NCBI GenBank assembly: GCA_947598785.1
Contig: CANQFL010000001.1
Location: 12,563 to 76,562 of the forward strand
DNA from: an uncultured Clostridia bacterium
Lineage (GTDB): Bacteria > Bacillota > Clostridia > Christensenellales > UBA1242
Direction of reading: 5' to 3'
DNA: 64,000 nt
Positions 9,001-16,516 of the stretch are shown here, one piece after another. The notes beneath the pieces are model-generated. The model saw only the letters and a list, made by a program, of their open reading frames with translations, ran no database searches and was not told the DNA's origin. Made by a program: the position numbers and the translations under genes. The stretch's first letter is position 1, and the number at the start of each line of letters is the position of its first letter.

Positions 9001-9881
9001 TCCTCAGTAATCATGGAACAATTAAAAATCTAGACTTATATTATGAAGATGGAAAAGTAATTAGTGATTGCCAAACATTTGGTGGAGTTGCAAGAATAAA
9101 TTTGGGAAATATCTCTAATTGTAAGGTTTATGGCAATTTGAGTTTTGAAACTAATATTGATAGCGTTATTGGTGGTATAGTAGGTGTAAATAATGGTGGT
9201 AAAATTGATTATTGCCAAAATAATCTTGTTATATCAGTTAATTCAAGTTCAGAAAATTTAACAGTTGGTGGATTTGCAGGGATTGTTGTTTCTGGAAAAT
9301 CTAACGCCATAATTACGCATAATACAAAATTAGGCAATATTAATATTACATCTAATGGGGTTAAAAACTTAAATGTAGGTGGACTCATTGGAAAGATTGA
9401 CAGAGTGAGTGCTTCTATTTCTGAAAATTCTTTAAGCGTTAATTTAAGAATATCAGGTAATGCTGAACATATATATATAGGAGGACTTATTGGAGACGGC
9501 CAAACTGCAAGTTTTAATAACAGTTTAATGGGCTCTATCACAACAGCAGATTTGACCGGGACAGAAGGATTTGTAGGTGGACTCTATGGCAGATTTAGAA
9601 ATACCAATTTTAATGATGAAATTAGGTATAGTTTTGCTGTAGTTAATATTTTAGGTGACAATTTAAAAAAAGGTGGTCTTTTTGGACAATTCGGGGGAGC
9701 TGTCAAAAATTGTTTTTCTAACATAGATATTATAGGCGATAAATTGAACTATTCTTTAGGTGATGGTTCTTGTTTAGTTTTAACCGATGAAAGATATAGC
9801 CAATCATTAGGCTTTGATGAGAACATTTGGTTTATTAAAGGAACAAGTAGTTATCCCGTTTTAAAATGGACTCTCGAATAA
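6099..9881 (+). CDS. 1,260-aa multidomain membrane protein: N-terminal zinc ribbon, TIR-like domain, long helical-repeat region, 3 TM helices, extracellular GLUG-repeat domain
   Basis: CSNCGG...CEFCG ribbon (nt 6114-6185). Flavodoxin/TIR-like segment 'NYDIIFCTITENIEEDL...KVFVLFVSGKNFSDF...SSVIIILDDG' (nt ~6555-6960). TPR-like helical repeats. Three hydrophobic helices (nt 8544-8815). C-terminal 'FHGTLDGNGHKITNISM' followed by repeated G-G-(L/F/I)-x-G motifs (GGVAR, GGIVG, GGFAG, GGLIG x2, GGLYG, GGLFG). Confidence 0.75.
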   Translation: MRERVCSNCGGKKYRVVGQNMVKCEFCGTLYVDEHASKEEEVLVVGANDILRATRFEEAVEEFDRIISLYPMSFEAYFGKSLATNKIILYNNKKGTNRFPRFFGESINSILDDENYKKAIQLAPEDTIKTYTEQAKRIEKCYKSYEDVCKNENYDIIFCTITENIEEDLHTEINELLQKNNSVYALPDKNHKELEPRIFRALLTCKVFVLFVSGKNFSDFKHLYDRYNYFINLHKKTKSSVIIILDDGFTTKDLPKDLAKFKNVLEYKSDTFLEDLDKTVNEEISKSIKEVAKIDVVKLNKEKPQKKEYVNLESVDPTDLGHYKVENISLSDENKIKWIYLLIKNGDFTTAENLLKTELEKDEYNSELLFADLLISKNIKTEEEFCANIANYKDKTRIDRILRYASKDFAEKFVDNWENLIINLNMEEYYEEYTLYLAQYNTPNRENFIKHAELMAIETMDEELIDIVQKCFNKNDVDRFINFYYALAQKSDNQKYYDKILELDQGHEQSNLSMLIQHFKSPNDILTYRNKEELENTFKYLNDDARANFVNQIVDMVLPVSFMDLEAAENQLDFYLAYVADETRLADLAKKIAIKFQEMKFFKQAEKYISIALSKNKDNAELYWILLKIKAHCISDSEVVSSSVDFSKMPEWETLISLAKEGQIEKFAEVLSKNNLYKGERTAFAPDFLDQKSSVQKIKEFLERNEKILNEMEKENPKDTLMGVNYYRLQLKPFEKSIEKLSNSKNYEEFKTAIQNVYDRLKSLDLTLDTSINVTTLMSRNDGLKGVQASNDLEKKQYDKQIKNIKNDKFLRRFLCGFLEFFPSLFITLLLFLVIILPKEVYLYFNQNFIIGAMIVSVFLGIANAIFYFLKKKKINIKWKIANLSLFGIGIINLVLFAYGFYFAPMSISILTGNELQLFMNNAYYSNMVLEDDIDFTNGNISNITFHGTLDGNGHKITNISMAKGGFILSNHGTIKNLDLYYEDGKVISDCQTFGGVARINLGNISNCKVYGNLSFETNIDSVIGGIVGVNNGGKIDYCQNNLVISVNSSSENLTVGGFAGIVVSGKSNAIITHNTKLGNINITSNGVKNLNVGGLIGKIDRVSASISENSLSVNLRISGNAEHIYIGGLIGDGQTASFNNSLMGSITTADLTGTEGFVGGLYGRFRNTNFNDEIRYSFAVVNILGDNLKKGGLFGQFGGAVKNCFSNIDIIGDKLNYSLGDGSCLVLTDERYSQSLGFDENIWFIKGTSSYPVLKWTLE

Positions 9882-9903
9882 TTTTATAAAAGATATAATA
9901 TTT

Positions 9904-9934
9904 GTTGACTAGTCAACATAGGTTATGTTATTAT
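9904..9934 (+). promoter_or_regulatory. promoter of the ABC exporter genes, with a perfect 14-bp palindrome over the -35
   Basis: GTTGACTAGTCAAC (9904-9917) is a perfect palindrome containing TTGACT (9905-9910). An 18-nt spacer precedes the extended -10 TGtTATTAT (TATTAT at 9929-9934). Confidence 0.5.
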
Positions 9935-9977
9935 ATTCATTAACAACTTGGTTGTTTTTTCTTCATGGGGTGATTTT

Positions 9978-11744
9978 GTGTTTAAGTTGATTAAAAATTT
10001 AAAAATGATTGACATTATTTTTATTTTAATTGTAGCTGGTCTTGTTGTTTTACAAGTTTGGCTTGATTTATCTACGCCAGATTATATGATGGTTATAACT
10101 AATGAGTTGGGGAGACCTCTTGAAGGCTTGAAATATGGGGAAATTTGGGAAGTAAGAATTCCTGTAATTTTAGAAAATGGTGGCTATATGCTAGCGTGTG
10201 CTTTGGGAAGTTTAGCAAGTGCTATCATTGTAGGATTTTTTACAGCCAATATTGCATCAAGATTTGGATATAATTTAAGAAAAAAAGTTTATAATAAGAT
10301 ACAAAATTTCTCACTAACTGAAATAAATCAATTCTCAACTGCAAGTTTAATTACAAGAACTACTAATGATGTTACTCAAGTTCAATTCTTTATTTCAATG
10401 GGGCTTCAATCACTTTTAAAAGCTCCGGTTCTAGCAATTTGGGCCGTAACAAAAATTTTAAATAAGAGTTGGGAATGGTCGGTTGCTACTGGGGTAACTA
10501 TTGGAATTTTGCTTTTAATGATTTCAATTATTGTTATCTTTGCTCTTCCTAAATTCAAAAAAATTCAAACTCTTACTGATAATATTAATAGAGTAACTAG
10601 AGAAAATTTAACAGGTATAAGAGTTATTCGTGCTGCAAATGCAGAAGATTACCAAAATGAAAAATTTGAAAAATGTAACGATGAATTAACAAAAAATAAC
10701 CTTTTTGCAAATAGAGTTATGGGAATTATGAGCCCCGGTATGACACTTTTGATGAGTGGTTTAAATTTGGCTATTTATTGGATTGGTGCTTATATTGTTA
10801 AAGATTATGAAGTCGGATTCGCCAATTTGATTGTTTTTACTTCTTATGCAATGCAAGTGGTTATGGCATTTATGTTGTTGATAATGATTTTCATTTTAAT
10901 GCCTAGAGCTCTTGTTTCAGCTAAAAGAATAAATGAAGTTTTAGATAGTAAAAATTCTATTGTTTCAGGAAATATTGAAGCAGCAGAAAATAAAAATGAA
11001 AAATTACCAAGTGTTGTGTTTGAAAATGTTTCATTCAAATATCCAGATGCTGAAGAATACGTTTTAAAAGACATTTCTTTTGAAGCTAATGAAGGGGAAA
11101 CTATTGCGTTTATAGGTTCAACAGGTAGTGGAAAAAGTACTCTTATCAATTTAATTCCAAGGTTATATGATACAACTGAGGGAAGCATTAAAATTGATGG
11201 AGTTGATGTTAAAGATTATAAAATAGAAAACTTAAACAAAATGATAGGTTATGTGCCACAACGTGGAGTCTTGTTTAGAGGTACAGTTTCAAGCAATGTT
11301 AATTTTGGCGATAATGATGCAGATGAAGAAATGATAAAACATTCAATTTCTGTTGCTCAAGCATCAAATTTTGTTTCAAGAATGGGAAAAGGTTTAGAAA
11401 GTGAAATAGCAGAAGGTGGAACAAATGTTTCTGGTGGACAAAAACAAAGACTTTCTATAGCCAGGGCAATAGCGAGAAATCCTAAAATTTTTATATTTGA
11501 TGACAGCTTCTCTGCATTAGATTATAAAACTGATAGAAAACTTCGTTCTGCATTAAAAAAACATACGTCCAATGTTACAAAATTTATTGTTGCTCAAAGA
11601 ATTGGAACAATAAAAGATGCAGATAAGATAATTGTTCTTGATAATGGAAATATGGTTGGAATAGGTAAACATGATGAACTTTTAAAAACTTGTCCGGTTT
11701 ACAAAGAAATTGCCTTATCACAACTTTCTAAGGAGGAATTGTGA
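9978..11744 (+). CDS. ABC exporter permease/ATPase subunit carrying the degenerate ATP site (LmrC/BmrC/TM287-like); start uncertain (GTG 9978 with a GGGGTGA SD, or ATG 9948)
   Basis: Six-TM exporter domain followed by an NBD. Walker A GSTGSGKST, signature VSGGQKQR, Walker B 'IFIFDDSFSALD' with Asp in place of the catalytic Glu. TGA stop at 11742-11744, just before the partner gene. Confidence 0.85.
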   Translation: MFKLIKNLKMIDIIFILIVAGLVVLQVWLDLSTPDYMMVITNELGRPLEGLKYGEIWEVRIPVILENGGYMLACALGSLASAIIVGFFTANIASRFGYNLRKKVYNKIQNFSLTEINQFSTASLITRTTNDVTQVQFFISMGLQSLLKAPVLAIWAVTKILNKSWEWSVATGVTIGILLLMISIIVIFALPKFKKIQTLTDNINRVTRENLTGIRVIRAANAEDYQNEKFEKCNDELTKNNLFANRVMGIMSPGMTLLMSGLNLAIYWIGAYIVKDYEVGFANLIVFTSYAMQVVMAFMLLIMIFILMPRALVSAKRINEVLDSKNSIVSGNIEAAENKNEKLPSVVFENVSFKYPDAEEYVLKDISFEANEGETIAFIGSTGSGKSTLINLIPRLYDTTEGSIKIDGVDVKDYKIENLNKMIGYVPQRGVLFRGTVSSNVNFGDNDADEEMIKHSISVAQASNFVSRMGKGLESEIAEGGTNVSGGQKQRLSIARAIARNPKIFIFDDSFSALDYKTDRKLRSALKKHTSNVTKFIVAQRIGTIKDADKIIVLDNGNMVGIGKHDELLKTCPVYKEIALSQLSKEEL

Positions 11745-11745
11745 T

Positions 11746-13521
11746 ATGAAACGTAAAAAAAGTAACTTAAAAGGTTCATTTAAAGAACCTATGATAAAGC
11801 TTGTTAAATTTTGTAAATCTCAATGGATTTGGCTTGGCATATCAATAATTTTGGGAGCAATAGCAGTTGTTTTTCAAATTATAGGTCCAAATAAAATTAA
11901 AGATTTAACTACAATCATTATCGAAGGATTACAGACAGGTGGAATTGATTTAGAAGCCTTTACAAGTATCGCACTATTTTTACTTATTATATATTTATTA
12001 GGTGCAATATTATCCTATTGGCAACAATTTATTATGACAACTAGCACTCAGAAAGTTGTTAAAATGTTTAGAAGAAATATTGCTGTAAAAATCAACAACT
12101 TACCTCTTAATTATTTTGATTCTCATATGTATGGGGATATATTAAGTCGTGTTACAAATGATGTTGATATGATAGGGCAAAGTTTAAATGAAAGTATTGG
12201 AACTCTTTTCTCTAACGTTATTTTGTTTATAGGCGTTTTAATAATGATGTTTGTTACTGAATGGATTATCGCTTTGACGGTTATTGGAACAACTATTTTA
12301 GGGTTTTCTTTTTCTCTTATTTTCCTTACAAGAGCACAAAAATATTTCACTCAAAATCAAAAAAATCTTGGAGAATTAAACTCTCATGTTGAAGAAAACT
12401 ATTCTGGGCATAATGTAGTTCAACTTTTTAATGCTAAAGATAAAATGTCCAAAGATTTTAATAGAATTAATAAAAAACTTTTTACAAGTGGCTGGAAATC
12501 TCAATTTATTGGTGGAGTTATGATGCCTGTTATGGGATTTGTTGGTAACTTTGGCTATGTTGCTGTTTGTATTGTTGGCGCTATTCTTGCAAGTCAAAGA
12601 GGAATTGCTTATATTGGTGTCATTACAGCTTTTATGATTTATGTTAGAATTTTTTCTAATCCACTTTCTCAAATTGCTCAAGCGCTTACTAGACTTCAAT
12701 CTACTTCTGCTGCTGCCGGTAGAGTTTTTGAATTCTTAGAAGAAAAAGAATTGGCAAATGAAGACGATAAACATCTTGTTTTTGAAAATGTTAAAGGTAA
12801 TGTAGATTTTGAAAATGTGGTATTTGGTTATAAACCAGAAAAAATCATTATAAAAAATTTCTCTGCACATATCAATGCTGGAGAAAAAGTTGCGATTGTC
12901 GGCCCAACTGGTGCTGGCAAAACTACATTAGTAAATCTCCTTATGAGGTTTTATGAGGTAAACTCAGGAGATATAAAGATTGATGGTGTGTCAATAAAAG
13001 ATTTGAAAAGAGAAAATGTCCATTCATTATTTGGAATGGTTTTGCAAGATACATGGTTATTTGAAGGGACAATAAAGGAAAATTTAAGATACAATAAAGA
13101 CGATGTAACTGATGAAGAAATTGTTGATGCTTGTAAAAAAGTTGGAATTGACCATTTTATTCAAACACTTTCAAAAGGTTATGATACTATTATTGATGAT
13201 GCTGTTAATTTATCTTCCGGACAAAAGCAGTTATTGACTATTGCAAGAACAATGATAGAAAATCGCCCTATGATGATTTTAGACGAGGCAACAAGTTCAG
13301 TAGATACGAGAACAGAAATTCTTTTACAAAATGCTATGGATAAAGTAATGGAAGGAAGAACATCTTTTATTATTGCACATAGATTATCCACTATAAAAAA
13401 TGCAGACTTAATTCTAGTTCTTAAAGATGGCGATATAATTGAAAGTGGAAATCATAAAGAGCTACTTGAAAAAGGTGGTTTTTATGCAGAACTTTATAAT
13501 AGTCAATTTGAAGAAGATTAA
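11746..13521 (+). CDS. ABC exporter permease/ATPase subunit with the consensus Walker B (LmrD/BmrD/TM288-like)
   Basis: ATG 11746 is preceded by AGGAGG (11731-11736); the listed start at 11710 lies inside the upstream gene. Walker A GPTGAGKT, Walker B 'MILDEATSSVD', non-canonical signature 'LSSGQKQ', as expected for heterodimers with one degenerate site. Confidence 0.85.
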   Translation: MKRKKSNLKGSFKEPMIKLVKFCKSQWIWLGISIILGAIAVVFQIIGPNKIKDLTTIIIEGLQTGGIDLEAFTSIALFLLIIYLLGAILSYWQQFIMTTSTQKVVKMFRRNIAVKINNLPLNYFDSHMYGDILSRVTNDVDMIGQSLNESIGTLFSNVILFIGVLIMMFVTEWIIALTVIGTTILGFSFSLIFLTRAQKYFTQNQKNLGELNSHVEENYSGHNVVQLFNAKDKMSKDFNRINKKLFTSGWKSQFIGGVMMPVMGFVGNFGYVAVCIVGAILASQRGIAYIGVITAFMIYVRIFSNPLSQIAQALTRLQSTSAAAGRVFEFLEEKELANEDDKHLVFENVKGNVDFENVVFGYKPEKIIIKNFSAHINAGEKVAIVGPTGAGKTTLVNLLMRFYEVNSGDIKIDGVSIKDLKRENVHSLFGMVLQDTWLFEGTIKENLRYNKDDVTDEEIVDACKKVGIDHFIQTLSKGYDTIIDDAVNLSSGQKQLLTIARTMIENRPMMILDEATSSVDTRTEILLQNAMDKVMEGRTSFIIAHRLSTIKNADLILVLKDGDIIESGNHKELLEKGGFYAELYNSQFEED

Positions 13522-13587
13522 ATAAAAAATAAAGGAGAAATTGAATAAAAATAAAATAAAATCTCACAATAAAAAAAAGGAGTTTTT

Positions 13588-14130
13588 ATGAAATTTTTAT
13601 TCTTTTTTATGGGGATACCACTTATGATAATGTCTTTTTTTGAAACTTATGATGTTTTACCTTATGTAAGCCAATCTGGATTGATTTTAGACGGTCACCA
13701 AATCGAATTAACTCAAGAGCAACAGTCAAATTTGCAGGAAGAGGTTAGCAAACTTTTTGAAAATTCACGAACAGTACCAGCATTGGGAGTTGTTTTTGAT
13801 GATATGTATCATGAAGATATACAAAATGGCACATTTGTTACTCTTAAATTTGATAGCATTTTTGAAGTTAATGGACTACCTTTTGACGAACTTGTTTTTA
13901 AAGTCGAACCAACTTATCAAGGCATCAGTATTGTTCGTGGAATGAATGGGAAATATAATGGTCGATGCTTATTTGTTGATTTGGAAGAAAATATGCAAGA
14001 GTTTTCAGATTATTTGACAAACTTAAAAACAGACCTTTCCTTATCTAATAAAGAGAATGAAATTCAAGCAGAAAACAGTGTTGAAAATTTGGAAATCAAA
14101 AACGAAATGGAAAATACTAAAAATGACTAA
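13588..14130 (+). CDS. hypothetical secreted or membrane-anchored protein (180 aa)
   Basis: RBS AAGGAG 5 nt upstream. Hydrophobic N-terminus 'MKFLFFFMGIPLMIMSFF'. No recognisable family. A terminator follows. Confidence 0.5.
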   Translation: MKFLFFFMGIPLMIMSFFETYDVLPYVSQSGLILDGHQIELTQEQQSNLQEEVSKLFENSRTVPALGVVFDDMYHEDIQNGTFVTLKFDSIFEVNGLPFDELVFKVEPTYQGISIVRGMNGKYNGRCLFVDLEENMQEFSDYLTNLKTDLSLSNKENEIQAENSVENLEIKNEMENTKND

Positions 14131-14158
14131 AAATGTGGGTTTACCACATTTTTTATTT
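14131..14158 (+). terminator. Rho-independent terminator
   Basis: ATGTGG (14133-14138), GTTTA loop, CCACAT (14144-14149), then a T run. Confidence 0.7.
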
Positions 14159-14177
14159 ATTATTTTTTTGAAAATAT

Positions 14178-14206
14178 TTGACATGAATTTAAAGTTATAA
14201 TAAAAT
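14178..14206 (+). promoter_or_regulatory. pflB promoter
   Basis: Consensus TTGACA (14178-14183), 17-nt spacer, TAAAAT (14201-14206). The predicted 5' UTR of ~49 nt contains the palindrome AATGGTTTAATACCATT (14224-14240) and the SD AAGGAG. Confidence 0.55.
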
Positions 14207-14261
14207 ATATCATAGCACATTAAAATGGTTTAATACCATTGATTTGTAAGGAGATAATGTA

Positions 14262-16493
14262 ATGGAGAGTAGTGAATATTGGAAAGGTTTTAAGGGTAAA
14301 AAATGGAAAGAGGAAATAGACGTTTCAGATTTTATCCTTTCAAATTATAAAGAATATAAAGGGAACGATAGCTTCTTGGTTGGAATATCTGATAAGACAA
14401 AAAAAGTTTGGTCAAAATGTGAAACTCTCTTAGAAAAAGAGAGAAAAAATGGACTTTTAGATGTAGATACAGATAATGTTTCAGGTATTAATAATTTTAA
14501 ACCTGGCTATATTGATAAAGCAAATGAAGTCATTGTAGGACTTCAAACTGATAAACCACTTAAGAGAATCGTTAACCTTTATGGTGGAACAAGAATGGCT
14601 GAGAAAGCTCTTGCTGCTTATGGAAAAGAGTTAAATCCAGAAATAAAAAAACATTTTTATGAATATCGTAAAACACATAATGACGGTGTTTTTGATGTTT
14701 ATACACCTGAAATTCGAAGAGCAAGGTCTGCCGGACTTCTTACCGGTTTGCCTGATGCTTATGGACGTGGTAGAATAATTGGTGATTATCGTAGAGTTGC
14801 TTTATATGGAATTGACTATTTAATTGAACAAAAAAAGAACGATTGGAACAAAATAGATGTTTCAAGTGAAGAAAATATACGTCATCGTGAAGAAATTTCT
14901 GAACAAATCAAGGCATTAGGTGAAGTAAAAGAAATGGCCTTATCTTACGGTTACGATATATCTCTTCCAGCAAAAAATGCAAAAGAAGCATTCCAATGGT
15001 TATATTTTGGCTATTTAGCATCAGTGAAAGAAAATAATGGTGCAGCAATGAGTTTGGGAAGAACCTCTACATTCTTAGATATATATATTGAAAGAGATAT
15101 GAAATTGGGGATTTTAACTGAAGAGGAAGCTCAAGAGTTAGTTGACCAATTTATCATAAAATTGCGTTTGGTTCGTCATTTAAGAACTCCTGACTATGAT
15201 GAAATTTTTGCTGGAGACCCAACTTGGGTTACAGAAAGTGTTGCAGGTATGGCTGATGATAAAAAGAGTTTAGTAACTAAAAATTCATTTAGATATTTGC
15301 ACTCTTTGATAAATTTAAATCCTTCACCTGAACCTAATTTAACAATTTTATGGTCAGAAAAATTACCAATCAATTTCAAAAAATATTGTGCCAAGATTTC
15401 AATCTTAACTGACGCTATTCAATATGAGGGCGATGATGTTATGAGAAATATTTATGGCAATGATTATGCCATTGCCTGCTGTGTTTCTGCAATGAAAATT
15501 GGAAGACAAATGCAATTCTTTGGTGCTAGATGTAATCTTGCAAAATCTTTGCTATACTCTATGAATGGTGGCGTAGATGAAAAGTCTGGCAATTTAGTAG
15601 TTGAAGGCTTGACAAAGAATAATGAAAAAATATTGACATTTGATAGGGTTTGGAAAGATTATAAGAAAACTTTAGAAAAAGTAGCCAAAACTTATGTAGA
15701 TGCGATGAATATCATACATTATATGCATGATAAATATGCTTATGAAAGAGAACAAATGGCTTTACATGATACAAATGTTGAAAGATTGATGGCCTTTGGA
15801 GCAGCTGGTTTTTCTGTTGTTACTGATAGCTTAAGTGCTATAAAATATGCTAAAGTTATGCCTATAAGAAATGATAATGGTATTATAGTTGACTTTAAAG
15901 TTGAAGGTGAATTTCCTAAATTTGGAAATGATGATGATAGAGTTGATAAATTAGGTGTTGAACTAGTTAAATATTTTTATAGTTGTTTAAAGAAACATAA
16001 ATTATATAGAGGAGCTAAACATACACTTTCTTTATTGACTATTACTTCAAATGTAATGTATGGAAAGAAAACGGGAGCAACTCCTGATGGTAGAGCTTCA
16101 GGAGAACCATTTGCCCCAGGTGCAAATCCAATGCATGAAAGAGATAATTGTGGAGCTTTAGCATCTTTAAATTCTGTAGCAAAAATACCTTATTGTGATT
16201 GTTGCCAAGATGGAATATCGAATACATTTTCAATAGTCCCTGATACGTTGGGGCATAGTGAAAAAGAAAGAGTTGAAAATCTAGTAAACATTCTAGATGG
16301 TTACTTTTTACAAAACGCACAACATTTAAATGTAAATGTATTAAACAGAGAACTTTTAATTGATGCAATGAATAATCCATGGAAGTATCCAAATTTAACT
16401 ATAAGAGTTTCAGGTTACGCTGTGAATTTCAATAGACTTTCAAGAGCTCATCAAGAAGAAGTTATTTCTAGAACATTTCATACATCAAGATAA
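14262..16493 (+). CDS. pflB: pyruvate formate-lyase (formate C-acetyltransferase)
   Basis: 743 aa. Active-site 'IACCVSAM' and the glycyl-radical motif '[11 protein letters not shown]' near the C-terminus. The activase gene lies downstream. Confidence 0.95.
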   Translation: MESSEYWKGFKGKKWKEEIDVSDFILSNYKEYKGNDSFLVGISDKTKKVWSKCETLLEKERKNGLLDVDTDNVSGINNFKPGYIDKANEVIVGLQTDKPLKRIVNLYGGTRMAEKALAAYGKELNPEIKKHFYEYRKTHNDGVFDVYTPEIRRARSAGLLTGLPDAYGRGRIIGDYRRVALYGIDYLIEQKKNDWNKIDVSSEENIRHREEISEQIKALGEVKEMALSYGYDISLPAKNAKEAFQWLYFGYLASVKENNGAAMSLGRTSTFLDIYIERDMKLGILTEEEAQELVDQFIIKLRLVRHLRTPDYDEIFAGDPTWVTESVAGMADDKKSLVTKNSFRYLHSLINLNPSPEPNLTILWSEKLPINFKKYCAKISILTDAIQYEGDDVMRNIYGNDYAIACCVSAMKIGRQMQFFGARCNLAKSLLYSMNGGVDEKSGNLVVEGLTKNNEKILTFDRVWKDYKKTLEKVAKTYVDAMNIIHYMHDKYAYEREQMALHDTNVERLMAFGAAGFSVVTDSLSAIKYAKVMPIRNDNGIIVDFKVEGEFPKFGNDDDRVDKLGVELVKYFYSCLKKHKLYRGAKHTLSLLTITSNVMYGKKTGATPDGRASGEPFAPGANPMHERDNCGALASLNSVAKIPYCDCCQDGISNTFSIVPDTLGHSEKERVENLVNILDGYFLQNAQHLNVNVLNRELLIDAMNNPWKYPNLTIRVSGYAVNFNRLSRAHQEEVISRTFHTSR

Positions 16494-16516
16494 ATATTAA
16501 AGTTAGGAGAAAAATA

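Noticed and set aside
9948-9977. Extended N-termini given by the ORF track (9948 for ABC subunit 1, 11710 for subunit 2, 40289 TTG for gltX, 20358 TTG for the ferritin-like gene)
   Set aside because: Downstream starts are preceded by proper SD sequences and/or avoid overlap with the upstream gene. For 9948 versus 9978 the choice remains genuinely uncertain.
13541-13591. 16-codon K/N-rich micro-ORF (TTG start) whose TGA overlaps ATG 13588
   Set aside because: The sequence is simply an A-rich spacer. The SD-to-TTG spacing is only 3 nt, and nothing supports translation.
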